Below are positions 19,043 to 26,279 of a stretch of DNA of 32,000 bases, one piece after another. Position 1 is the first letter of the stretch. Every line of letters starts with the position of its first letter. The DNA is taken from assembly GCA_964577555.1 (NCBI GenBank), contig CAZNZM010000008.1, forward strand, positions 18,495 to 50,494, read 5' to 3'. The stretch is from an uncultured archaeon (GTDB lineage: Archaea; Iainarchaeota; Iainarchaeia; Iainarchaeales; Iainarchaeaceae). Under the pieces are notes generated by a model. It had not been told where the DNA came from. It saw nothing but the letters and a program-made list of their open reading frames with translations, and made no database searches. The position numbers and the translations under genes are program-made.

Positions 19043-19188
19043 GCAAAATAATTGAATAAAGTTTTTTTATAGTTTGCCTAAAAAAACAATTTACAAAATT
19101 TTACTTTTAATTTTATCTTATAATTCATTATTGCTCTTTAATTGCTTGCTTCAACAATTATAATTTTATTTTGAAATTGGTTTGTTTA

Positions 19189-19390
19189 TCCCGCCTCCCG
19201 GATTTGCACCGGGGATCTTCCGGTAACCGCACAACAAACCTTGCGATTATTTTTTCCCAAAAAAGGGTTGACGCCGACAGAAAAGTGTTTTTCTGTCAAA
19301 CGCTTTTCTTTGGCTTCCGAAAAAATTTTTGTCGGAAGAAGAAAAGTGTTGAACTACAGCCGGACGCATTAGCTACTATGCTAAGGCGGG
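19189..19390 (-). tRNA. tRNA-Tyr(GTA) containing an inferred 129-nt intron (19225..19353) after anticodon-loop position 37
   Basis: Acceptor CCCGCCT/AGGCGGG, D arm GCAT/ATGC, anticodon stem TCCGG/CCGGA with loop CTGTAG|A, variable AGATC, T arm CCCGG-TGCAAAT-CCGGG. The intron lies at the canonical archaeal position and offers a relaxed BHB-like fold. The exons sum to 73 nt. Confidence 0.9.
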
Positions 19391-19502
19391 CAGAAATGTA
19401 TGCAATTAAAAGTTTTTGATTTAATTTAAAACCATATCGGAAAAAACGATAAAACTCAGCTTGTAAATTATTTATAAACACACCAGACTTATTAATTACT
19501 TT

Positions 19503-20009
19503 ATGCCTGAAACAGTGCTTTATATAATAGACCCTGAAAAATATTTCCAAGGAGTTCTTAAAATACTTGAAACTCTTAAGGGAAAAAACATTATTTACAT
19601 TTCAGCAAACAAGCCTTACAGCCACATGGTTTCCATATTAAAAAAACATGGCATTGATACTGAAAAATTCTTTTTTATAGATTGCATAACCTCGCAATTA
19701 GGTCTTCTTGCAAATGAAGAGCCATCAAATTGCATATTCATAAAAGGTCCACAAAACTTGACTGAAATAAGCATTGCAATCAACGAATGCCTTGACAAAA
19801 TGCCAGGCGAAAAGATTTTGCTAATAGATTCGATTAGTACTCTTATTTTCTATAATGATCCTGAAGTAATAGGCAAATTTTCGCATTTCTTTATTAATAG
19901 AATGCAGTTTTCTGGAATAACAACTGTAATATTGGCTCTTGAATCAGACATTAACAAGGACGTGCTTAGACAAGTTGAATCGCTTGCAGAGGAGGTAAAA
20001 AGAATATGA
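19503..20009 (+). CDS. RecA/KaiC-superfamily-like protein lacking an evident Walker A motif
   Basis: Alternating beta strands (TVLYIIDPEKY, NIIYISANKPYS, KFFFIDCITSQ, KILLIDSISTLIFY) resemble KaiC-like cores found in archaeal genomes. TATA-like ATTTATAAA lies about 30 nt upstream. Confidence 0.5.
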   Translation: MPETVLYIIDPEKYFQGVLKILETLKGKNIIYISANKPYSHMVSILKKHGIDTEKFFFIDCITSQLGLLANEEPSNCIFIKGPQNLTEISIAINECLDKMPGEKILLIDSISTLIFYNDPEVIGKFSHFFINRMQFSGITTVILALESDINKDVLRQVESLAEEVKRI

Positions 20010-20383
20010 ACGATACAACCATTAATTTCATTTTAGGAATAATTTCAATAATTTTTATTTTTGTTGCCAGTTTCTTTGCTTACAAAGTTTACAAATTCAA
20101 CAAGCAGGCAAAACCCTGGCTTGCAATATACTTGGGTTTTATCACCCAAGCATTATATGGCGCCTTGACCCACTTTAAAATAAATTCATATTTAAGTTCA
20201 ATAACGACAGAAAACATGAATTATATTTTGGCAATTTTATTGTTGATATCTTCAGCGTTTTTTGTATGGGGTTTTTGGAGCATGAATAAAAGCTTTGAAT
20301 CTTTTTCAGTGATACAGTCAAAGACAAAAGAAAAAATTGAGCAATTCGTAAGCAAAAACAAAAACAATTCAAAGAAAAAATAA
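20006..20383 (+). CDS. Small membrane protein (about 3 TM helices), translationally coupled to the upstream gene
   Basis: 4-nt ATGA overlap with 19503..20009; hydrophobic segments IINFILGIISIIFIFVASFFAY-like, LAIYLGFITQALYG, YILAILLLISSAFFVWGFW. Confidence 0.65.
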   Translation: MNDTTINFILGIISIIFIFVASFFAYKVYKFNKQAKPWLAIYLGFITQALYGALTHFKINSYLSSITTENMNYILAILLLISSAFFVWGFWSMNKSFESFSVIQSKTKEKIEQFVSKNKNNSKKK

Positions 20384-20386
20384 TTT

Positions 20387-20700
20387 TTTTTTTGGCTTTG
20401 CAAATTTTTGCCCAAGTTTTTTGCTTGCATTTTTTTTATTTTTTGGTAAAGCTGTTTTTTTGCGAGTCATTTTTTGCGAGCCAAACATTTTTTTGTGTTT
20501 TTTTGGTTGTTGTTTTTTTTAGCTTGTTTTTTTTGATTAGTTTTGTTTTTGTAAGTAGTTGTTTTTTTGTTAGCCAAATTATTTTTTTTATTTTTTTGTT
20601 TTTTTAATGATTGTTTTTGAAGTTGTTTTTTTTGTTTTTGATTATGATTTTTTATTTGATTTTGGCTTTGGCATTTTTGTTTTTTTATAATTGCTTTTAT
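20387..20700. repeat. T-rich low-complexity island 2
   Basis: TGCGAGTC at 20461, TGCGAGCC at 20475, and the 20-mer GTTTTTTTGTTAGCCAAATT at 20561-20580. Confidence 0.85.
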
Positions 20701-21616
20701 TTTCTTTTTCTTGAACAATTTGTTTAGTTTTTTGTTCCGCCGTTTTTTGGTTTTCAGTATTTTCCTGCTTTTTTGTAATGGCTTCGTATAATAAAGGATA
20801 TAAAAGAGTAATCCAGAGCCCTGCCAAAAAATAAGCTTCTGGCCCCATTGAAAAATTTTCTCCTAATAATAATATAACGCCTAATATGGCGAAGCCAAAA
20901 ATTGATTTTATTATAAATATTGATCCAGAAATTTTTTTGGTGTCAAAATTGGCTAATTTGAATGTTATTGCTCCTGCAAATAATCCTAAAAGTATTGAAG
21001 CCATTCCTATTGACCTGAAAAGCAGTGAAATTACGAGTGCTGCAATTACGAACGTAACCAGGCCTACTTCTTCAATCAGCCTTTTTTTGTCAAATCTTAT
21101 TTCTTTATAATAATCTTCAACTAAATGCATTAATCTTCCTATTGCAAAACCCAACAATGCACCTGCAAGTACGTCGCCAAGGTAATGCGCGCCAAGATAA
21201 ATTCTTGAAATCATGACAAGGATCAAAGACAAAAAACCAGCAAATTTTAATATATTTGACAATTTTGTCCAATAAAGTCCTAAAATTCCTGCAAATGTTG
21301 TGGCATGCCCTGATGGAAATGAAAAATTTGATTCAAAATCATGGTTGAATACTCTGAATTCTTCAATGGGCGGTCTTAATCTGCCTGCAAGAGGTTTAAT
21401 GATTCCAATGATCGAGGAAGTGAAAAGTATTGTTCCTGCAATCGCCATTGACTTTTTTTCTTCCCCTTTCCACCAATAAGCAGAGGCAATGATAACCCAA
21501 ACAATTGGGTGTCCCAAGTATGTTATTAAAATGAAAAACATGTCCAAGCTTGGACTTGTAAAAGACTGGACAAAATGCGAAAATAATATTTCAGGTTCAA
21601 TCGCTTCTATTGTCAT
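20642..21616 (-). CDS. PAP2-family membrane phosphatase with Lys-rich C-terminal tail
   Basis: KPLAGRLRPP, FSFPSGHATTFAGILGLYW, SRIYLGAHYLGDVLAGALLG match the three PAP2 signature motifs. Confidence 0.9.
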   Translation of the reverse strand: MTIEAIEPEILFSHFVQSFTSPSLDMFFILITYLGHPIVWVIIASAYWWKGEEKKSMAIAGTILFTSSIIGIIKPLAGRLRPPIEEFRVFNHDFESNFSFPSGHATTFAGILGLYWTKLSNILKFAGFLSLILVMISRIYLGAHYLGDVLAGALLGFAIGRLMHLVEDYYKEIRFDKKRLIEEVGLVTFVIAALVISLLFRSIGMASILLGLFAGAITFKLANFDTKKISGSIFIIKSIFGFAILGVILLLGENFSMGPEAYFLAGLWITLLYPLLYEAITKKQENTENQKTAEQKTKQIVQEKENKSNYKKTKMPKPKSNKKS

Positions 21617-21620
21617 TTTT

Positions 21621-22091
21621 TTACACTTTCACTTTTTTAAGCTTCTTCATACCTGGTATTTCAATTTGTGAGTAATCCACGAATAATCCACATTCTTTCA
21701 GAGCTTTTCTCATTGCATAAACTCTGCAAAATTGTTCAATTTCTTTTTGTTCATTTGATTGGAGGCTTGGCAATGCGGAAATTTCCTTTATTACTGAACT
21801 GACTTTGCGCGAATTCACTTCTTCAATTGCTTTTGCCGTGTCTTTTTTGTCAAGCCCAAGAGATGCAATTGCTGAATCAACTTTGTCAAGTTGCACTATT
21901 TTTCTCAAGTTTGTTTCTATTTTTGAGTCAAAGCTGTTTGAAAGACCTGCAATAAATTCAATTATTGTTTTAGGGTCTGTTGCAGGCTCAATTTTAAGTT
22001 TTCTGATTGCAACCCAATCATCATAATTTGCTACGAATTGAATGTACTTTTCTTCAGACACTAAACCACCTTTTAACTTTTTTTTCAACAA
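21621..22091 (-). CDS. Hypothetical archaeal protein (possibly DUF2666-like)
   Basis: ORF of 156 codons in tandem with the PAP2 gene. The family suggestion is from memory of the FVANYDDWVAIRKLKI-type repeat and is weak. Confidence 0.55.
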   Translation of the reverse strand: MLKKKLKGGLVSEEKYIQFVANYDDWVAIRKLKIEPATDPKTIIEFIAGLSNSFDSKIETNLRKIVQLDKVDSAIASLGLDKKDTAKAIEEVNSRKVSSVIKEISALPSLQSNEQKEIEQFCRVYAMRKALKECGLFVDYSQIEIPGMKKLKKVKV

Positions 22092-22202
22092 AATAAAACT
22101 TAAATTATTTTTAATACTTTATTATTCATTGAAATTGCAAGGTTTGTTTTTTAATATCATAGTTATTTTTATTAATAAACAAATTTGTGGGGTTTTAGTA
22201 TT

Positions 22203-22508
22203 ATGGATGCATTGACGATTTTTTTTGGCATAGCAATATTGCTTTTGGCTGTTGTTTTTTCAATCGCCATATCCGCCGGGCTTTCTATTCTTCTTTACAA
22301 AAAAGCAGTCGAAAAATCGGTTGGGTTGTCAAGTAATGAAAAAGAGTTGCCTGAAATTTTGGCTAAACTTTCCAATCAAAGATTGGAAGACAAAAAAGAA
22401 TTTGATAAAAGGCTTTCCATAATAGAACACAAGATTGATGTTTTGATGATGCCAGAAGGAGTCCTCAAGGAAACTGAACTTGAAAGGTTAAAAGTTGTAA
22501 AAAAATAG
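22203..22508 (+). CDS. Small protein: one N-terminal TM helix plus coiled-coil/charged tail
   Basis: MDALTIFFGIAILLLAVVFSIAISAGLSILLYKKAVEK... then a charged helix. ORF starts at 22185. Confidence 0.55.
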   Translation: MDALTIFFGIAILLLAVVFSIAISAGLSILLYKKAVEKSVGLSSNEKELPEILAKLSNQRLEDKKEFDKRLSIIEHKIDVLMMPEGVLKETELERLKVVKK

Positions 22509-22529
22509 TCTTGACTTTTATTTTAATAA

Positions 22530-22602
22530 AGCCTCCGATGGGATTCGAACCCACGACCCGCGGTTTACAAAACCGCTGCTCTAACCGCTGAGCCACGGAG
22601 GC
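22530..22602 (-). tRNA. tRNA-Thr(TGT)
   Basis: Acceptor GCCTCCG/CGGAGGC, anticodon stem GCGGT/ACCGC with loop TTTGTAA, T loop TTCGAAT; discriminator U, as in archaeal tRNA-Thr. Confidence 0.95.
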
Positions 22603-22678
22603 AAGCACTTTTTTTTATTTTTCTATTAACCAAAAAACCCCTTAATAATTTTTAATCCTTGCATGCCACAATAACTGA

Positions 22679-23326
22679 ATGAGCCATGATTTTAAATGCC
22701 ACAGATGCGGTGAATGTTGCAAAAAGTACTTTATAATCACCCTGCCGCATGAATTGAAAAAGCAAGCCAAGTTTATGGCTGTTACTGAAAAAGAATTTAT
22801 TGAGAATAACACTCAATTATTCCTGCAATTGTTTCCTTCAGGGCAAAGCGACACGAAAATTTCAATAAGTTCAGTAATGCTTCCTAAAAGAATAGCAAAA
22901 CTCGTTGAAAATGTTCATGGACATTTGCCTGATTTTCTTATTGCTTTGCCAATGCTGGCATTCAAACGAAGAAAAAACGGCGCGTGCAAATTTTTTGACG
23001 AAGACAAAAGTTGTTGTATAATTTATCCGGCAAGGCCCCTTGAATGCATTCTTTTCCCATTTATTTCAGAAAAAAAAGCCGAAAACTACTCAAAACTTTA
23101 TCCTTTTTGCAAAGGCCTTAAGGACAAAGACGGAAAACTTTCATATGCAGACTTCAGCCAAATTCATTTCAACGAAGTTTCAAAGTATTGCGACAATATA
23201 AAGAAGAAAGGGTTCGGCTCAATTTGGAAGCATTGGCCAAATAGCGGCGTTTTGCTTTTTCAAGAAAAGTTGTTAGGTAAAATAAGCCAAAAAGAATTTT
23301 TTGAAATAATTTTGCCTTATAAATGA
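22679..23326 (+). CDS. YkgJ-like cysteine cluster protein (putative zinc/iron chelating)
   Basis: FKCHRCGECCKKYF and CKFFDEDKSCCIIYPARPLECILFPF pattern. Confidence 0.85.
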   Translation: MSHDFKCHRCGECCKKYFIITLPHELKKQAKFMAVTEKEFIENNTQLFLQLFPSGQSDTKISISSVMLPKRIAKLVENVHGHLPDFLIALPMLAFKRRKNGACKFFDEDKSCCIIYPARPLECILFPFISEKKAENYSKLYPFCKGLKDKDGKLSYADFSQIHFNEVSKYCDNIKKKGFGSIWKHWPNSGVLLFQEKLLGKISQKEFFEIILPYK

Positions 23327-23425
23327 AAATCTCTGATATTGCTTGACAAAGATGATTATTTTTGCTGAAATTTCAAGACAATTAGGCTTTTCGCAAATCA
23401 TGGTAAAAAAAGAATTTATTTTACG

Positions 23426-23500
23426 TGCCCTGGACGGGATTTGAACCCGTGCGTCCACCGTGAGAGGGTGGTGTCCTTGACCGGGCTAGACGACCAGGGC
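23426..23500 (-). tRNA. tRNA-Glu(CTC)
   Basis: Acceptor GCCCTGG/CCAGGGC, anticodon stem CCACC/GGTGG with loop CTCTCAC, T loop TTCAAAT. Confidence 0.93.
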
Positions 23501-23762
23501 AAAAAGAATTTCATAGATCGCTTTTGATTAGAAACTTGCAGGCAAATAATTAAAAGGCAAATAATTAAAATATAATTTTACAATTGCAATTTTGGAAGAT
23601 TTTTACAAGTTTAAACTAAAACCATTTTTACGACAATTGTCAAAAAAAAAAATAATATTTAATAACTATTTTTAGTTAAAAGATTAATTAATATTTGTTT
23701 TGTTATAAAATAAATATAAACAAATTGCCTTTTTTGGCTAACTTGTTAAACTGGTAATTGCA

Positions 23763-24122
23763 ATGGTTTTTTTTGAAGTAGTTCATGCTTTAATTAACCT
23801 TGACTTGGCTTTTTTTGTAGACATAACCATGAACAATATTCTTTGGGTTTTCATATTTGTTGTTTTAGTAAATTATTTCTTTAAAAAAAACAAGTTATTC
23901 TGGCTTTTATTTTTTCCAGTAGAAATTTGGGTAGTAACTGATTTCGGAAAACTCACTGGCATGGCATTTTCAGATTTCAACTTTATGATTATTAATTACA
24001 TTATAAAGTTTGCTTTGTTAATAATTGTTGTAAATATTCAAAGCTTGAAAAAATACACTATTTTGTTTTCAATACTACAAGGATATTCTGTTATATTTTT
24101 ATTTACTTTTTTATTGAAGTGA
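23763..24122 (+). CDS. Small hydrophobic membrane protein (about 4 TM)
   Basis: ORF of 119 codons, mostly hydrophobic, no recognised motif. Confidence 0.5.
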   Translation: MVFFEVVHALINLDLAFFVDITMNNILWVFIFVVLVNYFFKKNKLFWLLFFPVEIWVVTDFGKLTGMAFSDFNFMIINYIIKFALLIIVVNIQSLKKYTILFSILQGYSVIFLFTFLLK

Positions 24123-24127
24123 TAAAA

Positions 24128-24313
24128 ATGAAGTTTGCAAAATTAGCTATTTTAGGGCTTTGGTTCGGATTTTTATAAATTATTATTATGGCTATAGGCG
24201 AATCGATTTTTCCAGGCTCCTTGAGCGATAATGCATTCACAAATTTAGGAATTATTATAATATTGACATCAGGAATCATAAATTTTATATTCGCATTTCA
24301 CGGAGTAGACTAA
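24128..24313 (+). pseudogene. Small membrane-protein reading frame interrupted by an in-frame TAA at 24176-24178
   Basis: Direct translation: MKFAKLAILGLWFGFL*IIIMAIGESIFPGSLSDNAFTNLGIIIILTSGIINFIFAFHGVD*. It begins 6 nt after the stop of the preceding ORF. Confidence 0.4.
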
Positions 24314-24393
24314 AATTCCAATCAAAAAAAAGAATTTTCAAAAAGCATTTAATTTTTAGAAAAAAATATTAATTCAAAAATGAAGTATTACAA

Positions 24394-24633
24394 ATGCCTA
24401 AAAGAATATTTAACACTAAGCCAAAAGTACCTACCAATGCTGTAAAAAACCGTGCAAAACCGCCTATTGAAGAAACAATTGAAAAATTTTTAAAGCTGAA
24501 AGAGCAAGGAAGACTTCCAAAACAAAAGCCTGACTCATTTAGAATACTTTGCATTTTGGCTATAAGAAAAGGTTTTACTCCTGAAGAAGCAAGTATAATA
24601 GCTAATTTGGTTTTAGGAACAAAATATAATTAA
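24394..24633 (+). CDS. Small basic hypothetical protein
   Basis: 79-aa ORF, MPKRIFNTKPKVPTNAVKNRAKPPIEETIEKFLKLKEQ...LCILAIRKGFTPEEASIIANLVLG; HTH-like helical C-terminus. Confidence 0.5.
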   Translation: MPKRIFNTKPKVPTNAVKNRAKPPIEETIEKFLKLKEQGRLPKQKPDSFRILCILAIRKGFTPEEASIIANLVLGTKYN

Positions 24634-24634
24634 A

Positions 24635-24707
24635 TGTCGGTGGGCGGAATCGAACCGCCGACACCCGGCTTATGAAACCGGTGCTCTAACCCCTGAGCTA
24701 CACCGAC
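24635..24707 (-). tRNA. tRNA with CAT anticodon (elongator Met or Ile2)
   Basis: Acceptor GTCGGTG/CACCGAC, anticodon stem CCGGT/GCCGG with loop TTCATAA, T arm GGCGG-TTCGATT-CCGCC. Confidence 0.92.
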
Positions 24708-24899
24708 AAAAACCTGAAAACAGAAACAATTTCTTGATTCGTGTTAAATTAGAAATTAAATCCAAAAGAAATAAAAGCCTCGCTAAAAGTAGAAAAAAAG
24801 ATTTGTTTACCAAGGCAAAAAATTTGAATTTAAAAATTAAAAAAAGGATTGGCTCAGCGAAAAACCTGAAAAACAATGCCAATTTACCAAATATGGAAT

Positions 24900-25571
24900 T
24901 CAACTTTTTGAAGAGCTCAACATTTCAATTTTTTTTCCATGCAAAAGAACCTTGTCAGCATAACCAACAAAAAGCCCGGTTTCTATAACCCCAGGAATAT
25001 TTTTTGATTCATATTCCAATTCATTATAATTCCATATATTGTCCATTTTGACATCAATTACATAATTCCCAGTCTCTGTTTTGATTGGAACACCATTTTT
25101 TTCCCGCCTTGAAGCCTTGCCATAAGAGTCAAGCTGATTCATTGTCCTTTTCCACCCAAAAGTAACAACTTCAAATGGAATAGTGCCTTTTACTTTTTCA
25201 ACAAATGACTTATCCAATGCAATTACAATCAAATTAGCCGCACTCTGGGCAATCATTTTATCCCTCACAAAAGAAGCAGTATTCCTTTTGACAAAATTAA
25301 AATTTTTATCAACTTGATCAGCAAAATCAATTGCCACATCAACCTCTCTTTCATTAATATCAACAATTTTCAAGCCAAGACTAGATGCAATTGTAGCCAT
25401 TCTCATTGAAGTAGGAATAAAATCAACATTATTTATTTTAATGTGATTGCTTTCCAAAGCAATAGCAAGTTTTTTCAAGAATTTTTCACCAAGCGGGCTT
25501 GAACCTATAGCCACCACATCTTCGTCATTTATATATTTTGCAATGAGTTGTTCAATATGTTCATCCTGCAT
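24900..25571 (-). CDS. rpiA: Ribose-5-phosphate isomerase A, divergent (start trimmed from 25589)
   Basis: IKINNVDFIPTS...GLKIVDINEREVDVAIDFADQVDKNFNFVKRNTASFVRDKMIAQSAANLIVIALDKSFVEKVKGTIPFEVVTFGW; C-terminal IPGVIETGLFVGYADKVLLHG. Confidence 0.85.
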   Translation of the reverse strand: MQDEHIEQLIAKYINDEDVVAIGSSPLGEKFLKKLAIALESNHIKINNVDFIPTSMRMATIASSLGLKIVDINEREVDVAIDFADQVDKNFNFVKRNTASFVRDKMIAQSAANLIVIALDKSFVEKVKGTIPFEVVTFGWKRTMNQLDSYGKASRREKNGVPIKTETGNYVIDVKMDNIWNYNELEYESKNIPGVIETGLFVGYADKVLLHGKKIEMLSSSKS

Positions 25572-25847
25572 GAAACAAAAAATAACCAAAGGTATATTTA
25601 TTAATGACTAAAACAAAGGCCGTAATAAAAAAATCACCTTTGCTTTTAAACAAAGATCGCTTTTTTTTGTCAAAAAATTTTCTATTTTGGCTTTTTCCAA
25701 AATCGCGCTTTATAGATCATTTTTGCAAGTCTTAAAACAAGTCTATTTCAAAAACGAGAACTCCCAAAAGCCAAGGCTTGAAAAAATTAAAAAAATAAAA
25801 AATTAAGAATCAGTTTTAATTTCAAGAAACACAAAATAGACTAAAAA

Positions 25848-25994
25848 TCAATATCTATTGTCTTTCTTATGGTTCATATAGCAGTTTCTACAATAAACCG
25901 CTCTGCCTTCTGCCGGTTTGAAAGGGACTTGCGTCTGTTGTCCACAATCAGAGCATACAGCATCAAACATTTGCCTTGGCGCTCCAAATGCCAT
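25848..25994 (-). CDS. 48-aa zinc-binding microprotein with paired CxxC motifs (below the ORF-track size cutoff)
   Basis: Direct translation MAFGAPRQMFDAVCSDCGQQTQVPFKPAEGRAVYCRNCYMNHKKDNRY; CSDC...CRNC resembles small zinc-ribbon proteins common in CPR/DPANN genomes. Confidence 0.85.
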   Translation of the reverse strand: MAFGAPRQMFDAVCSDCGQQTQVPFKPAEGRAVYCRNCYMNHKKDNRY

Positions 25995-26279
25995 TTTTTT
26001 CTCTCTCCTTTGTTCTTATTCAGGCACAATTTATTTTTAATTGCCTGACTATTGAAATGCAAGACACCAAGTTAAAATAATATCGTTTGGCTTTTTGTAT
26101 TCACAATATTTCAAACAAATAAAAATTGTGCTGAAACAAACATTAAGTTGTAAAATAACCAGTCAAAATTGAAACCAGCCAAAGTTAAAAAAATCAGCTT
26201 TTTTGCAAAGTCAATTTTTTTTTAATAAGAATCAATTTATACAATTACAAGTTTTTCATAGCAAAATTATCTACCGATT

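Noticed and set aside
19171-19419. 82-aa + ORF and the 84-aa opposite ORF at 19296..19550
   Set aside because: They overlap a convincing intron-containing tRNA-Tyr on the minus strand.
23763-24122. Possible holin or viral membrane gene
   Set aside because: Only hydrophobicity supports it; no phage-like neighbours or motifs.
25874-26062. 62-aa minus-strand ORF
   Set aside because: It overlaps, in another frame, the 48-aa double-CxxC protein, which has clear motifs.
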